Below are positions 37,945-50,140 of a stretch of 64,000 nt of DNA, piece after piece. The position numbers and the translations under genes are program-made. Each line of letters opens with the position of its first letter. Within the stretch, counting starts at the first letter, position 1. Source of the DNA: Octopus vulgaris (taxonomy: Eukaryota); assembly GCA_951406725.2 (NCBI GenBank), contig OX597827.1, positions 77,748,001 through 77,812,000 of the forward strand, in the 5' to 3' direction. Below the pieces are notes generated by a model, which was not told the DNA's origin, did not search any database, and saw nothing but the letters and a program-made list of their open reading frames with translations.

Positions 37945-39523
37945 ATTTCATTTTCAAAATTCAATAGAACTTACAGACAGATTTTCATTTTCATACAAAT
38001 GCTTGTTTTCAAACTGATGGCCCTTCTGGAGCAGGTACTTCTGATAAAGCAAAGCAGTGGAATTGCAAGCATCAAGAAACATTTCGTTCACGATTTGTGT
38101 ACTTTGTTCTTCAATGGCTGCCCTCAATTTGTTGACTCTTGCTAGTTTTGTATCATAAACTTTGTCTTTTTAAGTATCCCCATAAAAAGCCTTGTGGTGC
38201 AAGATCTGGTGCCCATGGAAGGTACTCTACTAAGCCTCTTCATCTAATCCACTTACTCTTGTTACTTGTTTCAGTCATTTGACTGCGGCCATGCTGGAGC
38301 ACTGCCTTTAGTCGAGAAAATCGACCCCGGGGCTTATTCTTTGTAAGCCCAGTACTTATTCTATCGGTCCCTTTTGCCGAACCGCTAAGTGACGGGGACG
38401 TAAACACACCAGCATCGGTTGTCAAGCAATGCTAGGGGGACAAACACAGACACACACACACACATATATATACATATAAACGACAGGCTTCTTTCAGTTT
38501 CCGTCTACCAAATCCACTCACAAGGCATTTGTCGGCCCGGGGCTATAGCAGAAGACACTTGCCCATGATGCCACGCAGTGGGACTGAACCCGGAACCATG
38601 TGGTTGGTAAGCAAGCTACTTACCACACAGCCGCTCCTGCACATTGACAAAATCTCAAGACCCAATACTATGGAGGTACCCTTTTTTGCTGGAAATGTTC
38701 AAAGTCCTTTTCAGTGCCTTCGCTTGACAGTCTATCACAGTAAGTTCAAGAAAATGGAAGCAGTCACAGCATCGTTATAATTGAATGGCCTAATTAATCT
38801 TTCTGATGATGATCCACACTACACAGTAACTCCCGGTTAATTAATTTGATGTTCCTCTATAATATATGGATACTCATTTACATTAAATGGCTCAATCATC
38901 TGTCACTGGGTGCAGCTGTGACAGATGATTGAGCAAACAGTCTTTGGGAGGTTTTGAGATCAAATCCACTCCTCTCTTGAATATTTATTTCGGTGACTAA
39001 AAATGTGTCAAAGGTGACCCATTAAAGGTCAAAAAGGTATATAAATTACAGTGAACACAGGTCACTTCTTCCAGATCCGGAGACTCTATTAACTCTTTTA
39101 CACAACTTACCAATTACCTCTCACAAAATCACCGCTTGTCAGTCCGGATCATCTTTATGGGAGTCATGGACTATTCTTGGAAATTAACTTTTTCAATGAC
39201 AACATTTCAGAATGCAATGGATTCTTGCTTTTGAAATTCCTCTCACAATTTTCTTGACAAATAAGTTTTCTTGAACCTTGACAATTTGTTTCTCATACTC
39301 TTTCTTGCTTTGTGTGGCTTGTGGATATCTGTGGTCTTCCAGAACATTCTGAACAGTTCCATCTGCTTCAAAACTCTTTCCTAATTCGAGTGATGGTAAG
39401 CCACAGGTAAGTCAGTTTTAACACCTTCTTAAACTGTCTTTACACTTCAACTGCATTTTCAAACTTCTAGTTGCAGTTTAGAATGAATTTCCCTTCTTCA
39501 AAGCTGAGTCTTGCTCCCTTCAT
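37945..39523 (-). pseudogene. Decayed Tc1/mariner transposase (DD41D/rosa-like), interrupted by SINE A
   Basis: N-terminal MKGARLSFEEGKFIL..TITRIR..FEADGTVQ..SGRP and C-terminal PDLAP..FLWGYLK-DKVY..LRAAIEE..GHQFE, with stops and frameshifts. Confidence 0.75.
38255..38640 (-). mobile_element. SINE family A inserted in the mariner transposase relic
   Basis: Full-length, young copy. Confidence 0.85.
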
Positions 39524-39669
39524 GATTTGTAAGGGGTCAAATCTAAGAAGAGATGAAAATTGAGTTTTCACCTGTTAAGGTATGCATACCTGTACACGTG
39601 TGTGTATATTGATACATGTTGATTTTTGCTAAATTACCACATTATATATATATATATATATTCATATAT

Positions 39670-39905
39670 ATCATCATCATCATCGTTTAACGTCCGTTTT
39701 CCATGCTAGCATGGGTTGGACGGTTCAACTGGGGTCTGGGAGCCAGAAGGCTGCGCCGGGCCCAGTCTGATTTGGCAGTGTTTTTACAGCTGGATGCCCT
39801 TCCTAACCACAACCACTCCGTGAGTGTAGTGGGTGCTTTTTACGCGCCACCTGCACAGGTGCCAGACGAGGCTGGCAAATGGCCACGATCAGATGGTGCT
39901 TTTTA
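39670..39905 (-). mobile_element. Family C element
   Basis: Tail and motif. Confidence 0.78.
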
Positions 39906-39936
39906 CATACCATGTAAAAAGCACCATCCAAAATAT

Positions 39937-39975
<39 letters not shown>

Positions 39976-40272
39976 CATACATATATATGTTTGTGTGTCT
40001 GTGTTTGTCCCACTAGCATCGCTTGACAACCAATGGTGGTGTGTTTACGTCCCCGCAACTTAGCGGTTCGGCAAAAGAGACCAATGGAATAAGTACTAGG
40101 CTTGCAAAGACTAAGTCCTGAGGGCGGTGCTCCAGCATGGCCGCAATCAAAAGACTGAAACAAGTAAAACAGAGTAAAGGGAGTTATGTTCCTATGTTTC
40201 TTAATTTATTTTTGTTACTGTGCTGTTTTATGTTCAGTCCATTATTTAAACTGCTTAGCTCGGTAAAATAGT

Positions 40273-40312
40273 CCACACCTGAAGAACGTACGTGAAACTA
40301 TTAGTAGCATGG
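40273..40312 (+). ncRNA. Minimal type I hammerhead ribozyme-like motif
   Basis: CCACAC-CUGAAGA-ACGUACGU-GAAA-CUAUUAG-UA|GCAUGG. Confidence 0.6.
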
Positions 40313-40544
40313 TTTATACATGCGAGGTGATCATAAAAAACAATATTTTACTCTCGCCAGATGGAGAGCTTTTGTTGTTGAACGGCATTGCACAGATCAA
40401 TTCATTTAAAAATTTATTTATATATATATTGATATATTAAATAAGGATAAGATCGTTATTTAAAAGACCGATCATATCAAGTTATATATATATATATATA
40501 TATATAGTATATACTAACAGACATACTGATCTGTGTGTATGTAT

Positions 40545-40830
40545 ATATGTAGATATGGATATAGATTATAGATAGATAGGTAGGTAGATAGATAGATAGA
40601 TAGGTAGGTAGGTAGATAGATAGAGACAGACAGATACATAGATAGGTAGGTAGATAGATAGATAGATAGAGAGACAGATAGATAGATAGATAGGTAGGTA
40701 GAGAGAGAGAGAGACAGACAAACAAATACATAGATAGGTAGGTAGGTAGATAGAGAGAGAGAGACAGATAGATAGGTAGGTAGGTAGATAGAGAGAGAGG
40801 TAGGTAGATAGAGAGATAGATAGACAGACA
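40545..40830. repeat. (TAGA/TAGG)n microsatellite
   Basis: Direct inspection. Confidence 0.95.
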
Positions 40831-41463
40831 TAAATAAACATATGGGGAGGAAGAGAAAGAGAGGGAGAGAGAATTGAACCATAAGCCTGTTTCCTGTAAA
40901 AGACAATCGAATGTACATGGTTAAGTAGTTTAATGTTCAGCTTCAGTTTCCATCATCAACACCTCTGCACATATTTCTCTACCTAAAGGTCGATTACAAA
41001 AGCCATGTTTTTATAGCCAATGTTTTCCCCATTATTAAACATTGATTTTTCAATGATTTATTCAAAATATTTCATAAAACAGAGACAGATAAAAGATGTA
41101 TGAAACGATAATGATAACAGGCTGTTCTTTTACCTTTTGATACAGTTAAATATGTGTAAAGCTCTGCCCTGAAATCAAACTGAACGTGAAACATTTCTAC
41201 TGAATAATACGATTATTTCTTGTCAAACCTATGTCTATAAAATATAGTTTTTAGAAGAGAAAAATTTGAAACAAAATACAAAGAGGATTTGTAAAATGTT
41301 ACATACATTATTATTTAAGTTAGTGTGCAGCATTTACATTTGTATACATACATTATATATATATATATGATGTATGTATGTATATATATATATATATATA
41401 TACACATTCATACATATATGTATAAATATCTATACACACATATACATGCATCTACATATACAT

Positions 41464-41526
<63 letters not shown>

Positions 41527-41664
41527 CATATACGTGTGTGTGTGTGTGTGTATATATATATGTATGTATATATATACATTTATTGGCTAAACTGGCAAAA
41601 TGACCATTCCGAAATATAACAATATGTATAGATATATACATACATATATACATATTCATGTATA

Positions 41665-42260
41665 TCATCATCATCATTGTTTAACTTTTATTTTCCATGC
41701 TCGCATGGGTTGGACGGTTTGACTGAGTACTGGCAAGCCAGGAGGCTGCACCAGGTTCCAATATCGATCTGGCAAAGTTTCTACAGCTGGATGCCCTTCC
41801 TAATGCCAACCACTCTGAGAGTGTAGTGGATGCCTTTACGTGCGACCAGCACGAGAGCCAGTCAAGTAGTTCTGGCAACAACCATTCTCAAAAGGTGTTT
41901 TTCATGGGCCACCTGCATGGGATCCAGTCTGGCGGCACTGGCAATGACCACGCTCAAATGTTGTGCCTTCCTGGCACGTGCCAGGAAGGCAATGCTGACA
42001 ATGATCACGCTCGAATGGTGCTTTTTACATGCCAGCGGCATAGGAGCCAATCAGCGGCCCTGGCAACGATCACACTTGGATGGTGGTTTTAACGTTCCAC
42101 TGTCGCAAAGGTCAATCAGGCTGTACTATCATCGGCCACGTCAGTGATTTTGATTTCACTTGCCTCAACAGGTCTTCACAAACTAAGTTCATTGTCCAAT
42201 GAATGAAAGGTACTCATAAGTGGACTGGTTATACACCACTGGCATAGGCCACAGGTTATG
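41665..42260 (-). mobile_element. Family C element, long copy
   Basis: Tail, internal units, and a 5' extension shared with 12700-12790. Confidence 0.8.
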
Positions 42261-42279
42261 GTCACATATATATATATAT

Positions 42280-42677
42280 CTTTTACTTGTTTCAGTCATT
42301 TGACTGCGGCCATGCTGGAGCACTGCCTTTAGTTGAGCAAATTGACCCCGGGACTTATTCTTTGTAAGCCCAGTACTTATTCTATCGGTCTCTTTTGCCA
42401 AACCGCTAAGTGGCGGGGACATAAACACACCAGCATCGGTTGTCAAGCAATGCTAGTTGGACAAACACAGACACATAAACACACACATACACATATATAT
42501 ATATACATATAAACGACGGGCTTCTTTCAGTTTCCGTCTACCAAATCCACTCACAAAGCATTTGTCGGCCTGTGGCTATAGCAGAAGATACTTGCCCAAG
42601 ATGCCACGCAGTGGGACTGAACCCGAAACCATGTGGTTGGTTTGCAAACTACTTACCACACAGCCACTCCTGCGCCT
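42280..42677 (-). mobile_element. SINE family A
   Basis: Full-length, young copy. Confidence 0.88.
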
Positions 42678-42688
42678 ATTGCACTGTT

Positions 42689-43011
42689 ATTCATTATACA
42701 TCCACATTAAATTTCCGTCCAACATGTGTTTCTGCTGCATGGACATCCTAATGTCCAATAATGTAGCACTTTTGTGCATCCAGTGGTTTCAGTTGCAGTA
42801 CATGTACATCGAAGGTATACGGATCTAAGCAGCTTTATTCAAGGTTATACCAGTGCAGGTTGTTTGTGAACTCTCACACCAAGGGACATTAGGACACCTA
42901 AGCAGCAGAAACACGTGTTGGACAGGGATTTCATGTGAATGTATTGTGAATACTACCATAATAAACAGGTTTTTGGGGGTGTATAATTCTCCATTCTTTT
43001 TCATGATGTCT

Positions 43012-43017
<6 letters not shown>
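42689..43017. mobile_element. Fold-back MITE (mariner-like)
   Basis: ~70-bp imperfect inverted arms 42689-42757 and 42884-42952. Confidence 0.6.
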
Positions 43018-43048
<31 letters not shown>

Positions 43049-43049
<1 letters not shown>

Positions 43050-43220
43050 GGCGCAGGAGTGGCTGTGTGGTAAGTAGCTTGCTAACCAACCACATGGTTC
43101 CGGGTTCAGTCCCACTGCGTGGCATCTTGGGCAAGTGTCTTCTGCTATAGCCCCGGGCTGACTAATGCCTTGTGAGTGAATTTGGTAGACGGAAACTGAA
43201 AGAAGCCTGTCGTATATATG

Positions 43221-43251
<31 letters not shown>

Positions 43252-43476
43252 TTGTGTGTCTGTGTTTGTTCCCCTAGCATTGCTTGACAACCGATGCTGG
43301 TGTGTTTACGTCCCCGTCACTTAGCGGTTCGGCAAAAAAGAGCCCGATAGAATAAGTACTGGGCTTACAAAAAGAATAAGTCCCGGGGTCAAGTTGCTCG
43401 ACTAAAGGCGATGCTCCTGCATGGCCGCAGTCAAATGACTGAAACAAGTAAAAGAATAAAAGAAAAGAAAAAAGAA
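43049..43476 (+). mobile_element. SINE family A
   Basis: Full-length, young copy. Confidence 0.88.
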
Positions 43477-43503
43477 TATATATATATATGTGTATGTGTG
43501 TGT

Positions 43504-43795
43504 GGAGGCGCAATGGCCCAGTGGACTCACCGTCGTTGGATCGCGATTTCAATTTCCAGACCGGGCATTGTGAGTGTTTATTGAGCAAAATATACCTAAA
43601 GCTCCACAAGGCTCCAGCAAGGGATGGTGGTGATCCCTGCTGTACTCTTTCACCCCAAATTTCTCTCACTCTTTCTTCTATTGGCCTGCTCGCTTAGCCA
43701 GCGGGGTGGCGTCGTTTGAAGGCTAAAACAATGCGAAGTGCATTGTGACCAGCGATGTGTAGCAACATCTGATAGCCTGGTCGGTCACAGTGACA
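43504..43795 (+). mobile_element. SINE family D head + tail type 3
   Basis: Same head with a small deletion; tail shared with 12088-12210. Confidence 0.8.
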
Positions 43796-43801
43796 TATAT
43801 A

Positions 43802-44075
43802 TGGTGGGTGTCTACTCCTTATGCAGAGTTTGACCACCTCCTGTACCGACACCTTAGCACCATCATGGCATCTGATGTGGCTTTTTAAACTTGACAGTGT
43901 ATTGAAAAGACACCCACATAGATTGTCCCTCCAATTTGGACCACCAAGAGCTGCAGGCAGGTTCTGATCTTTGTGGATCTTAAAATATCTTTTCAGGCCT
44001 CCATTAGATTTGCAAACTTTTTGGCATACATTGCATTCAAAGGTGTGCACAGGCATATAGGCAGAATAGTTGATG
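43802..44075 (-). mobile_element. RTE-type LINE 3' end with two degenerate C2H2 motifs
   Basis: [23 protein letters not shown] ... [19 protein letters not shown], followed by a short tail; no TGEKP linker. Confidence 0.55.
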
Positions 44076-44211
44076 GAGGTATATGTATGTATGTATGTAT
44101 ATATATATATATATGTATGTGTGTGTATATATATATATATGTATATATATCTATAAATATATATGTATATACATATATCTATAAATATATACATATATAT
44201 ATTTATATGTA

Positions 44212-44245
<34 letters not shown>

Positions 44246-44536
44246 CATATATATATTTATATACACATATATATATATATGTGTGTGTGTGTATATATAT
44301 ATGTATATACATCGCTAGCCACTAAACCGTTTTCTATTTTCTCTCTGTTTATTTCTGTGTTCCTTTCTGTCGAAAAAGGAAATAGGCTCGAAACATAAAA
44401 GACTTTCACACTTCCTGAGTGTTAAACTAATACATCTGTTTGTTGTTTACACACCTGTCTTCGTCTTTTGTTTTTTTGTAAATTCTTACTATATATATAT
44501 AGACCAAAGTGTACGTACGCAGCTATATATATATAT

Positions 44537-45009
44537 AAAATACAAAATGGGACCAGAATGCAAAACTTCCAGACAGGTGATACAAAAAAAGGGACAACAA
44601 AACATCCAGACAGACGATACAAAGAAAACAACGACAGCTCATTCAAAGTCTTCTATCCTCAGTCAAGTTCCGCCATAAGGCTTTACTTCTACACACACCA
44701 GCTTAATTTAAGTCATCCTTAGTCGAAAGACACCTGTTGTTATGGCCTGTTATTTGTATTTGTGTAACGTTCTCCGTTTTTTTCCGTCCATGTTTTCATA
44801 TACATTCGCTGCTTTCTTCCAAGGAATCTAATGCTTTTAGCTTAGTTTTTTCCTTGGGGCTGGCCAGATTGGAGCAATCTCGAGTATAACCAGCTGAAAT
44901 TGCAAACATAATCTGGAACTCGACTGAGGAAAGAAAAGTCCAAACAACCCGTCCTTTTTTCTTTGTATCGTCTATCTGGATGTTTTGCATTCTTATCCCA
45001 TTTTGTATT
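44537..45009. repeat. Inverted-repeat (fold-back) element
   Basis: Arms ~44537-44670 and ~44914-45009, flanked by (TA)n. Confidence 0.6.
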
Positions 45010-45289
45010 ATATATATATATATATATACTTTTTTTTTCTAGTTTCAGCTCAGAGCTGCGACCATGCTGATGCACCACCGTTAAACTATAGTAGAAGACA
45101 CTTTTCCAAGGTGCCACGCAGTGGGACTGAACACGAGACCATGTGGTTGGGAAGCAAGCTTCTTACCACACAGCTACTCCTGCACCCACATAAACCCACA
45201 TTATATATATACATATATATATAATCTCTTTTCTTTGAAATGCTTTAACTGAGGAAGATTTATGTAATGGATGCTTGTCCTATTATATA

Positions 45290-45683
45290 CTCTCTTTACT
45301 TGTTTCAGTCATTTGACTGCGACCATGCTGGAGCACCGCCTTTAGTCGAGCAAATCGACCCCGGGACTTATTCTTTTTGTAAGCCCAGTACTTATTCTAT
45401 CGGTCTCTTTTTTGCCGAACCGCTAAGTGACGGGGACGTAAACACACCAGCATTGGTTGTCAAGCAATGCTAGGGGGACAAACACAAACATATACACACA
45501 CACCCATACATATATATACATATATACGACAGGCTTCTTTCAGTTTCCGTCTACCAAATCCACTCACAAGGCATTGGTCGGCCCGGGGCTATAGCAGAAG
45601 ACACTTGCCCAAGATGCCACGCAGTGGGACTGAACCTGGAACCATGTGGCTGGTTAGCAAGCTACTTACCATACAGCCACTCC
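45290..45683 (-). mobile_element. SINE family A
   Basis: Full-length copy. Confidence 0.85.
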
Positions 45684-46001
45684 TAAACCTGAACTATATG
45701 CATTAAATGATCTGAAAACATCACTAATTGGTTTGGCTTCATTATTACAACTAATATGATTCAACACCAGTACCAGCTGGCCGGGCTACGATCCATTTAT
45801 GGGGACATTCCAACAATGGCTTTTGGAGTAGTCTGTTACATTTGACTCAGGCTGAAAATTCTTCTACCATTCACTGCTTCTTAGCGCAACATAAAATGTA
45901 TGTCAGAAATTATACAGATTGCAATACAGCATGAGGTTTCTTAAAAATTTACCCTTGAAAATTTTTTAATGAAGATGGAAACAAACGAACACATTATATA
46001 T

Positions 46002-46225
46002 AAAGGCGGCGAGCTGGCAGAATCGTTAGCACTCCGGGCGAAATGCGTAGCCGTATTTCGTCTGCCGTTAAGTTCTGAGTTCAAATTCCACCGAGGTCGA
46101 CTTTGCCTTTCATCCTTTCGGCGTCGACAAATTAAGCACCAGTTATGCACTGGGGTCGATGTAATCGACTTAATCTGTCTATCTGTCCTTTCTGTGTTTA
46201 GCCCCTTGTGGGTAGTAAAGAAATA
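46002..46225 (+). mobile_element. SINE family B
   Basis: Full-length match. Confidence 0.85.
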
Positions 46226-46426
46226 TATTACATATTTTTCAAGTACATATTTTTTAAACACCCCGCTCCTCTCCCTGAAGAGAAGCAGTGATGTTTATCC
46301 ATCTGTGAATTTCATTCACAATAGATATTGATCAACATGAGGCTGTATAGGTGGGATTGAACCTAAAACCCGTGGGTGTGAAGTGCAGTCCTTGACAACA
46401 CAGTCAATTCTGTGCCTGTATATACT

Positions 46427-46658
46427 TATTTCTTTACTACTCACAAGGGGCTACACACAGAGGGGACAAACAAGGACAGACAACGGGATTAAGTTGATTA
46501 TATCGACCCCAGTGTGTAACTGGTACTTAATTTATCGACCCCAAAAGGACGAAAGGGAAAGTCGACCTCGGTGGTATTTGAACTCAGAACGTAGCGGCAG
46601 ATGAAATACTGCTGAGCATTTCGTCCGGTGTGCTAACGTGTCTGCCAGCTTGCCGCCT
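46427..46658 (-). mobile_element. SINE family B
   Basis: 16-bp TSD TGTGCCTGTATATACT at 46411-46426 and 46659-46674. Confidence 0.9.
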
Positions 46659-47174
46659 TGTGCCTGTATATACTACTATAAAAAAAATGCATGCATACAT
46701 TTTCAACATGGTTTGTTGTCATCGTCATCATCCGTTTTTCCATGCTGGCATGGGCTGGATGGTTTGATAGGAGCTAGCAAGGCCAGGGTCCTCACCAGGA
46801 ACCAATTATGTTTCAGCATGATCTCTACAGCTGGTTGCCCTTCCTAAAGCCAACTACTTTGCAGAGCTTTTTACAAGGCACTAACACCAGTACTTACTAT
46901 GTGGAGCCAGCATCAGTGCTTTTTGCATGGCACCAGCACTGACAGGGTCACCATGGAACTTGCAAGACCAAAAACCCTCAGTTGGGAGGAGGGAGTAATG
47001 GTGGCTTTGTGCCAGTTGATGAAAGATTAGAGAATGACAGGGACAGGTGTCCTGCTAGAATGGATTAGATGAATATGTTATTTGGGGCATTGCTTCACAG
47101 GTTGATGCTCTTCCAGTCACAAACCTTGGTTACATAGTTTCGAAGACACAAAGTGGATGATTTCTCTTTTTTTT

Positions 47175-47564
47175 CTTCTCTTTTTCTTGTTTCAGTCATT
47201 TGACTGCAGCCATGCTGGAGCACCGCCTTTAATCGAGCAACTCGACCCCGGGACTTATTCTTTTGCAAGCCCAGTACTTATTCTATCGATCTCTTTTGCC
47301 GAACCGCTAAGTAACGGGGACATAAACACACCAGCATCGGTTGTCAAGCAATGCTAGGGGGACACACACACACACAAAAACACATATATATATATACATA
47401 TATACGAAGGGCTTCTTTCAGTTTCCATCTACCAAATCCACTCACAAGGCTTTGGTCGGCCCGAGGCTATAGTAGAAGACACTTGCCCAAGGTGCCATGT
47501 GGTGGGACTGAACCCGGAATCATGTGGTTGGTAAACAAGCTACTTACCACACAGCCACTCCTGC
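47175..47564 (-). mobile_element. SINE family A
   Basis: Full-length copy. Confidence 0.85.
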
Positions 47565-48293
47565 TACTTTGTTGACAGGAAAAGCAAAATCAACATTCCT
47601 AAGGTAACAAACTTTTTGTGAAACAAATACCAATGTACACACACAAAGTTGTAATCTCTGAAAGCATTTACCCCACAACTACAAACACCCGGGACCCATC
47701 AGCTGACAAGCGTACCCAAAACAGCTCATTTTCCTAGAGAAACCTGGAGTGTAAGGGATGGGGTGAGACAGAAATGCTTTTGTTGTTTCTTTCCTTTAAT
47801 TTCTGCACCCCTTCCTTCCCCTACCACCTTCACCCCTTACATCTCTCTTTGTTGAGCCAGCAGGGAGCATCTATGGTGGGGCACAGAAAGTCACATGTAC
47901 TGCTAGAAATAGCAACTAAATCTCTTCCAAATGACAGCCTGCTGGGTTTGTAATGTTTAACATTATTTCAATGACATAGATATATGATGGGGTGGTCGAG
48001 GATAGAGTGTCTTTGATGATAGATCTGTTCGATCTGGGGTCCAGCTGGTGCTAAGTAAAATGGCCCCACCACTTCTGTTTTTTTCAATCCGTGAAGAATT
48101 CATTGTTCCCTTTGGTCGTTGCTGGTGATTAATACATTAGTTTTGATGTTGTTGGCGGTGGTGGTGGTAGTTGAAAGGAGAGACACACGCACTACCACGT
48201 TCTATCATTTCGTCATCAACAGGTAAGAGCACAGGTGTGAAATTGAACTCTTTCTTACAACACCCATCATCTTCATCATCACCCCTCTTAATA

Positions 48294-48526
48294 CCTATTT
48301 CTTTACTACCCAGAAGGGGCTAAACATAGAGGGGACAAACAAGGACAAACAAACGGATTAAGTCGATCATATCGACCCCAGTGCGTAACTGGTACTTATT
48401 TAATTGACCCCGAAAGGATGAAAGGCAAAGTCGACCTTGGCGGAATTTGAACTCAGAACGAAGCGGCAGACGAAATACTGCTAAGCATTTCGCCCGGCAT
48501 GCTAACGTTTCTGCCAGCTCGCCACC
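48294..48526 (-). mobile_element. SINE family B
   Basis: Full-length; flanking TCTTAATA duplication. Confidence 0.85.
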
Positions 48527-48879
48527 TTCTTAATAACATCACACTCACCACCCCACCATCGTCAGCATTTCCAATAACATTACCATCAGACCTGCTCCCG
48601 TCGTCATCATTGTCATCATCACCATCAATCTCATGCCATCCTCATCATCATCATTGACCTTCCCTCTCGTCCTCATCACTGCTGTCATCATCATCACCTC
48701 AACAACAACAACATCAATAACCCATCCGCTTTAATCAGTTATATACTTTGTAAGACATCAGTAAAAAACTCAAATATTGTAAACATGCTTCAGTGAAAAA
48801 CTTAGAATATTTTTATTTAACATTTCAAATGTTAAAAACTTAAAAACTGGCAGTTCATTTGTTTTGGGGGCTGTATATG

Positions 48880-49162
48880 AACACACACACACACACACTC
48901 ACACACACACACACTCACACATACACACACACACTCACACATACACACACACACTCACAAGCGCACACATACACACAAGCACACACGTTTTATATAATAC
49001 ATGTGCATGCACAAATAAATCATACACACATACATTTATAAATTCATACATATATATATATACATACACACATATGCATATGTATGTCTTTATATATATA
49101 CACACACAGAGATATATGTATGTGTATATACATATATGTATGTGTGTGTGTGTATATCTATG

Positions 49163-49197
<35 letters not shown>

Positions 49198-49233
49198 ATA
49201 TATATATATATATATACACATATATATATGTAT

Positions 49234-49317
<84 letters not shown>

Positions 49318-49350
49318 TATATGTATGTATATATGTATACACACACACAC
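48880..49350. repeat. (CA)n/(TA)n compound microsatellite
   Basis: Direct inspection. Confidence 0.95.
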
Positions 49351-49378
49351 AGAAATATAATGAATAAGAATGTGTCCA

Positions 49379-49388
49379 TTTATTTATT
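49379..49388 (-). terminator. Candidate polyadenylation signals of the - strand ZNF gene
   Basis: Overlapping AATAAA hexamers on the minus strand ~750 bp after the stop, where unique sequence gives way to microsatellite. Confidence 0.45.
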
Positions 49389-50140
49389 TACAGGTAACGA
49401 ATCAGTGTCTGCTGTGACATTTTTTTCCTTTTCTTTCTGAGTCAGATTTTCCATCTTTTAAAGCAGACTTCAATCCTCAATTCACTCCACGCTAAAGAAC
49501 TGCGGTATTGGAACACCATCCTATTCCATTATATAGCCACTACTTCTACAGTCTCTTTCCTTTTAAACTCCAAACTTGACACTGAAGGGTATAGAAGCTT
49601 GTTATTAAAGCATGGTACCCTGTTCTTGAAAGTACCCACACAGACGTCCATTTTTAGCTGTGTTATCATCATTTATTTCATGATTGACTGCTTGATATCA
49701 GGAAGGGCAATAAACAGTACATCATTTTCTCCAACAATTCATGTAAGAATGTAAATTTGTAGCGCCATCCCACCCATGCTAGCATGGAAAAAAAAAATCG
49801 TAATGGATGTAACAAGATTGTATGAAAATAAAGGGACAAGAATTAGGTCAGTTTTGGTGCTGAGTAAATAAAAAGAGGGCCATGAGAATCAGAGAGAACA
49901 TTCCGGAAAGGAAAAAAAAAGTTGTTAAAAACAGGCTTGTCCTCTTTTGTTGCAAGACAAAATCTGGTGGAGAGAAAAATCAAAATTGACTGAAAAAAAA
50001 AAGGGGTCAAAGATAGTTTTACAACTTAGGATTAATATTTGTCCCCTAATAAAAGTACCAAAGTTGTTTGAGTGTTCAGCAATGAAAATTGTTCAGGGGC
50101 TCTGGTTGGTTGGTCCAGTTATTAAAATGTTTTTTCTCTT

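Noticed and set aside
43694-44266. 190-aa ORF as a third ZNF gene
   Set aside because: The N-terminus is microsatellite, the C-terminus is antisense SINE, and the fingers are degenerate and LINE-like
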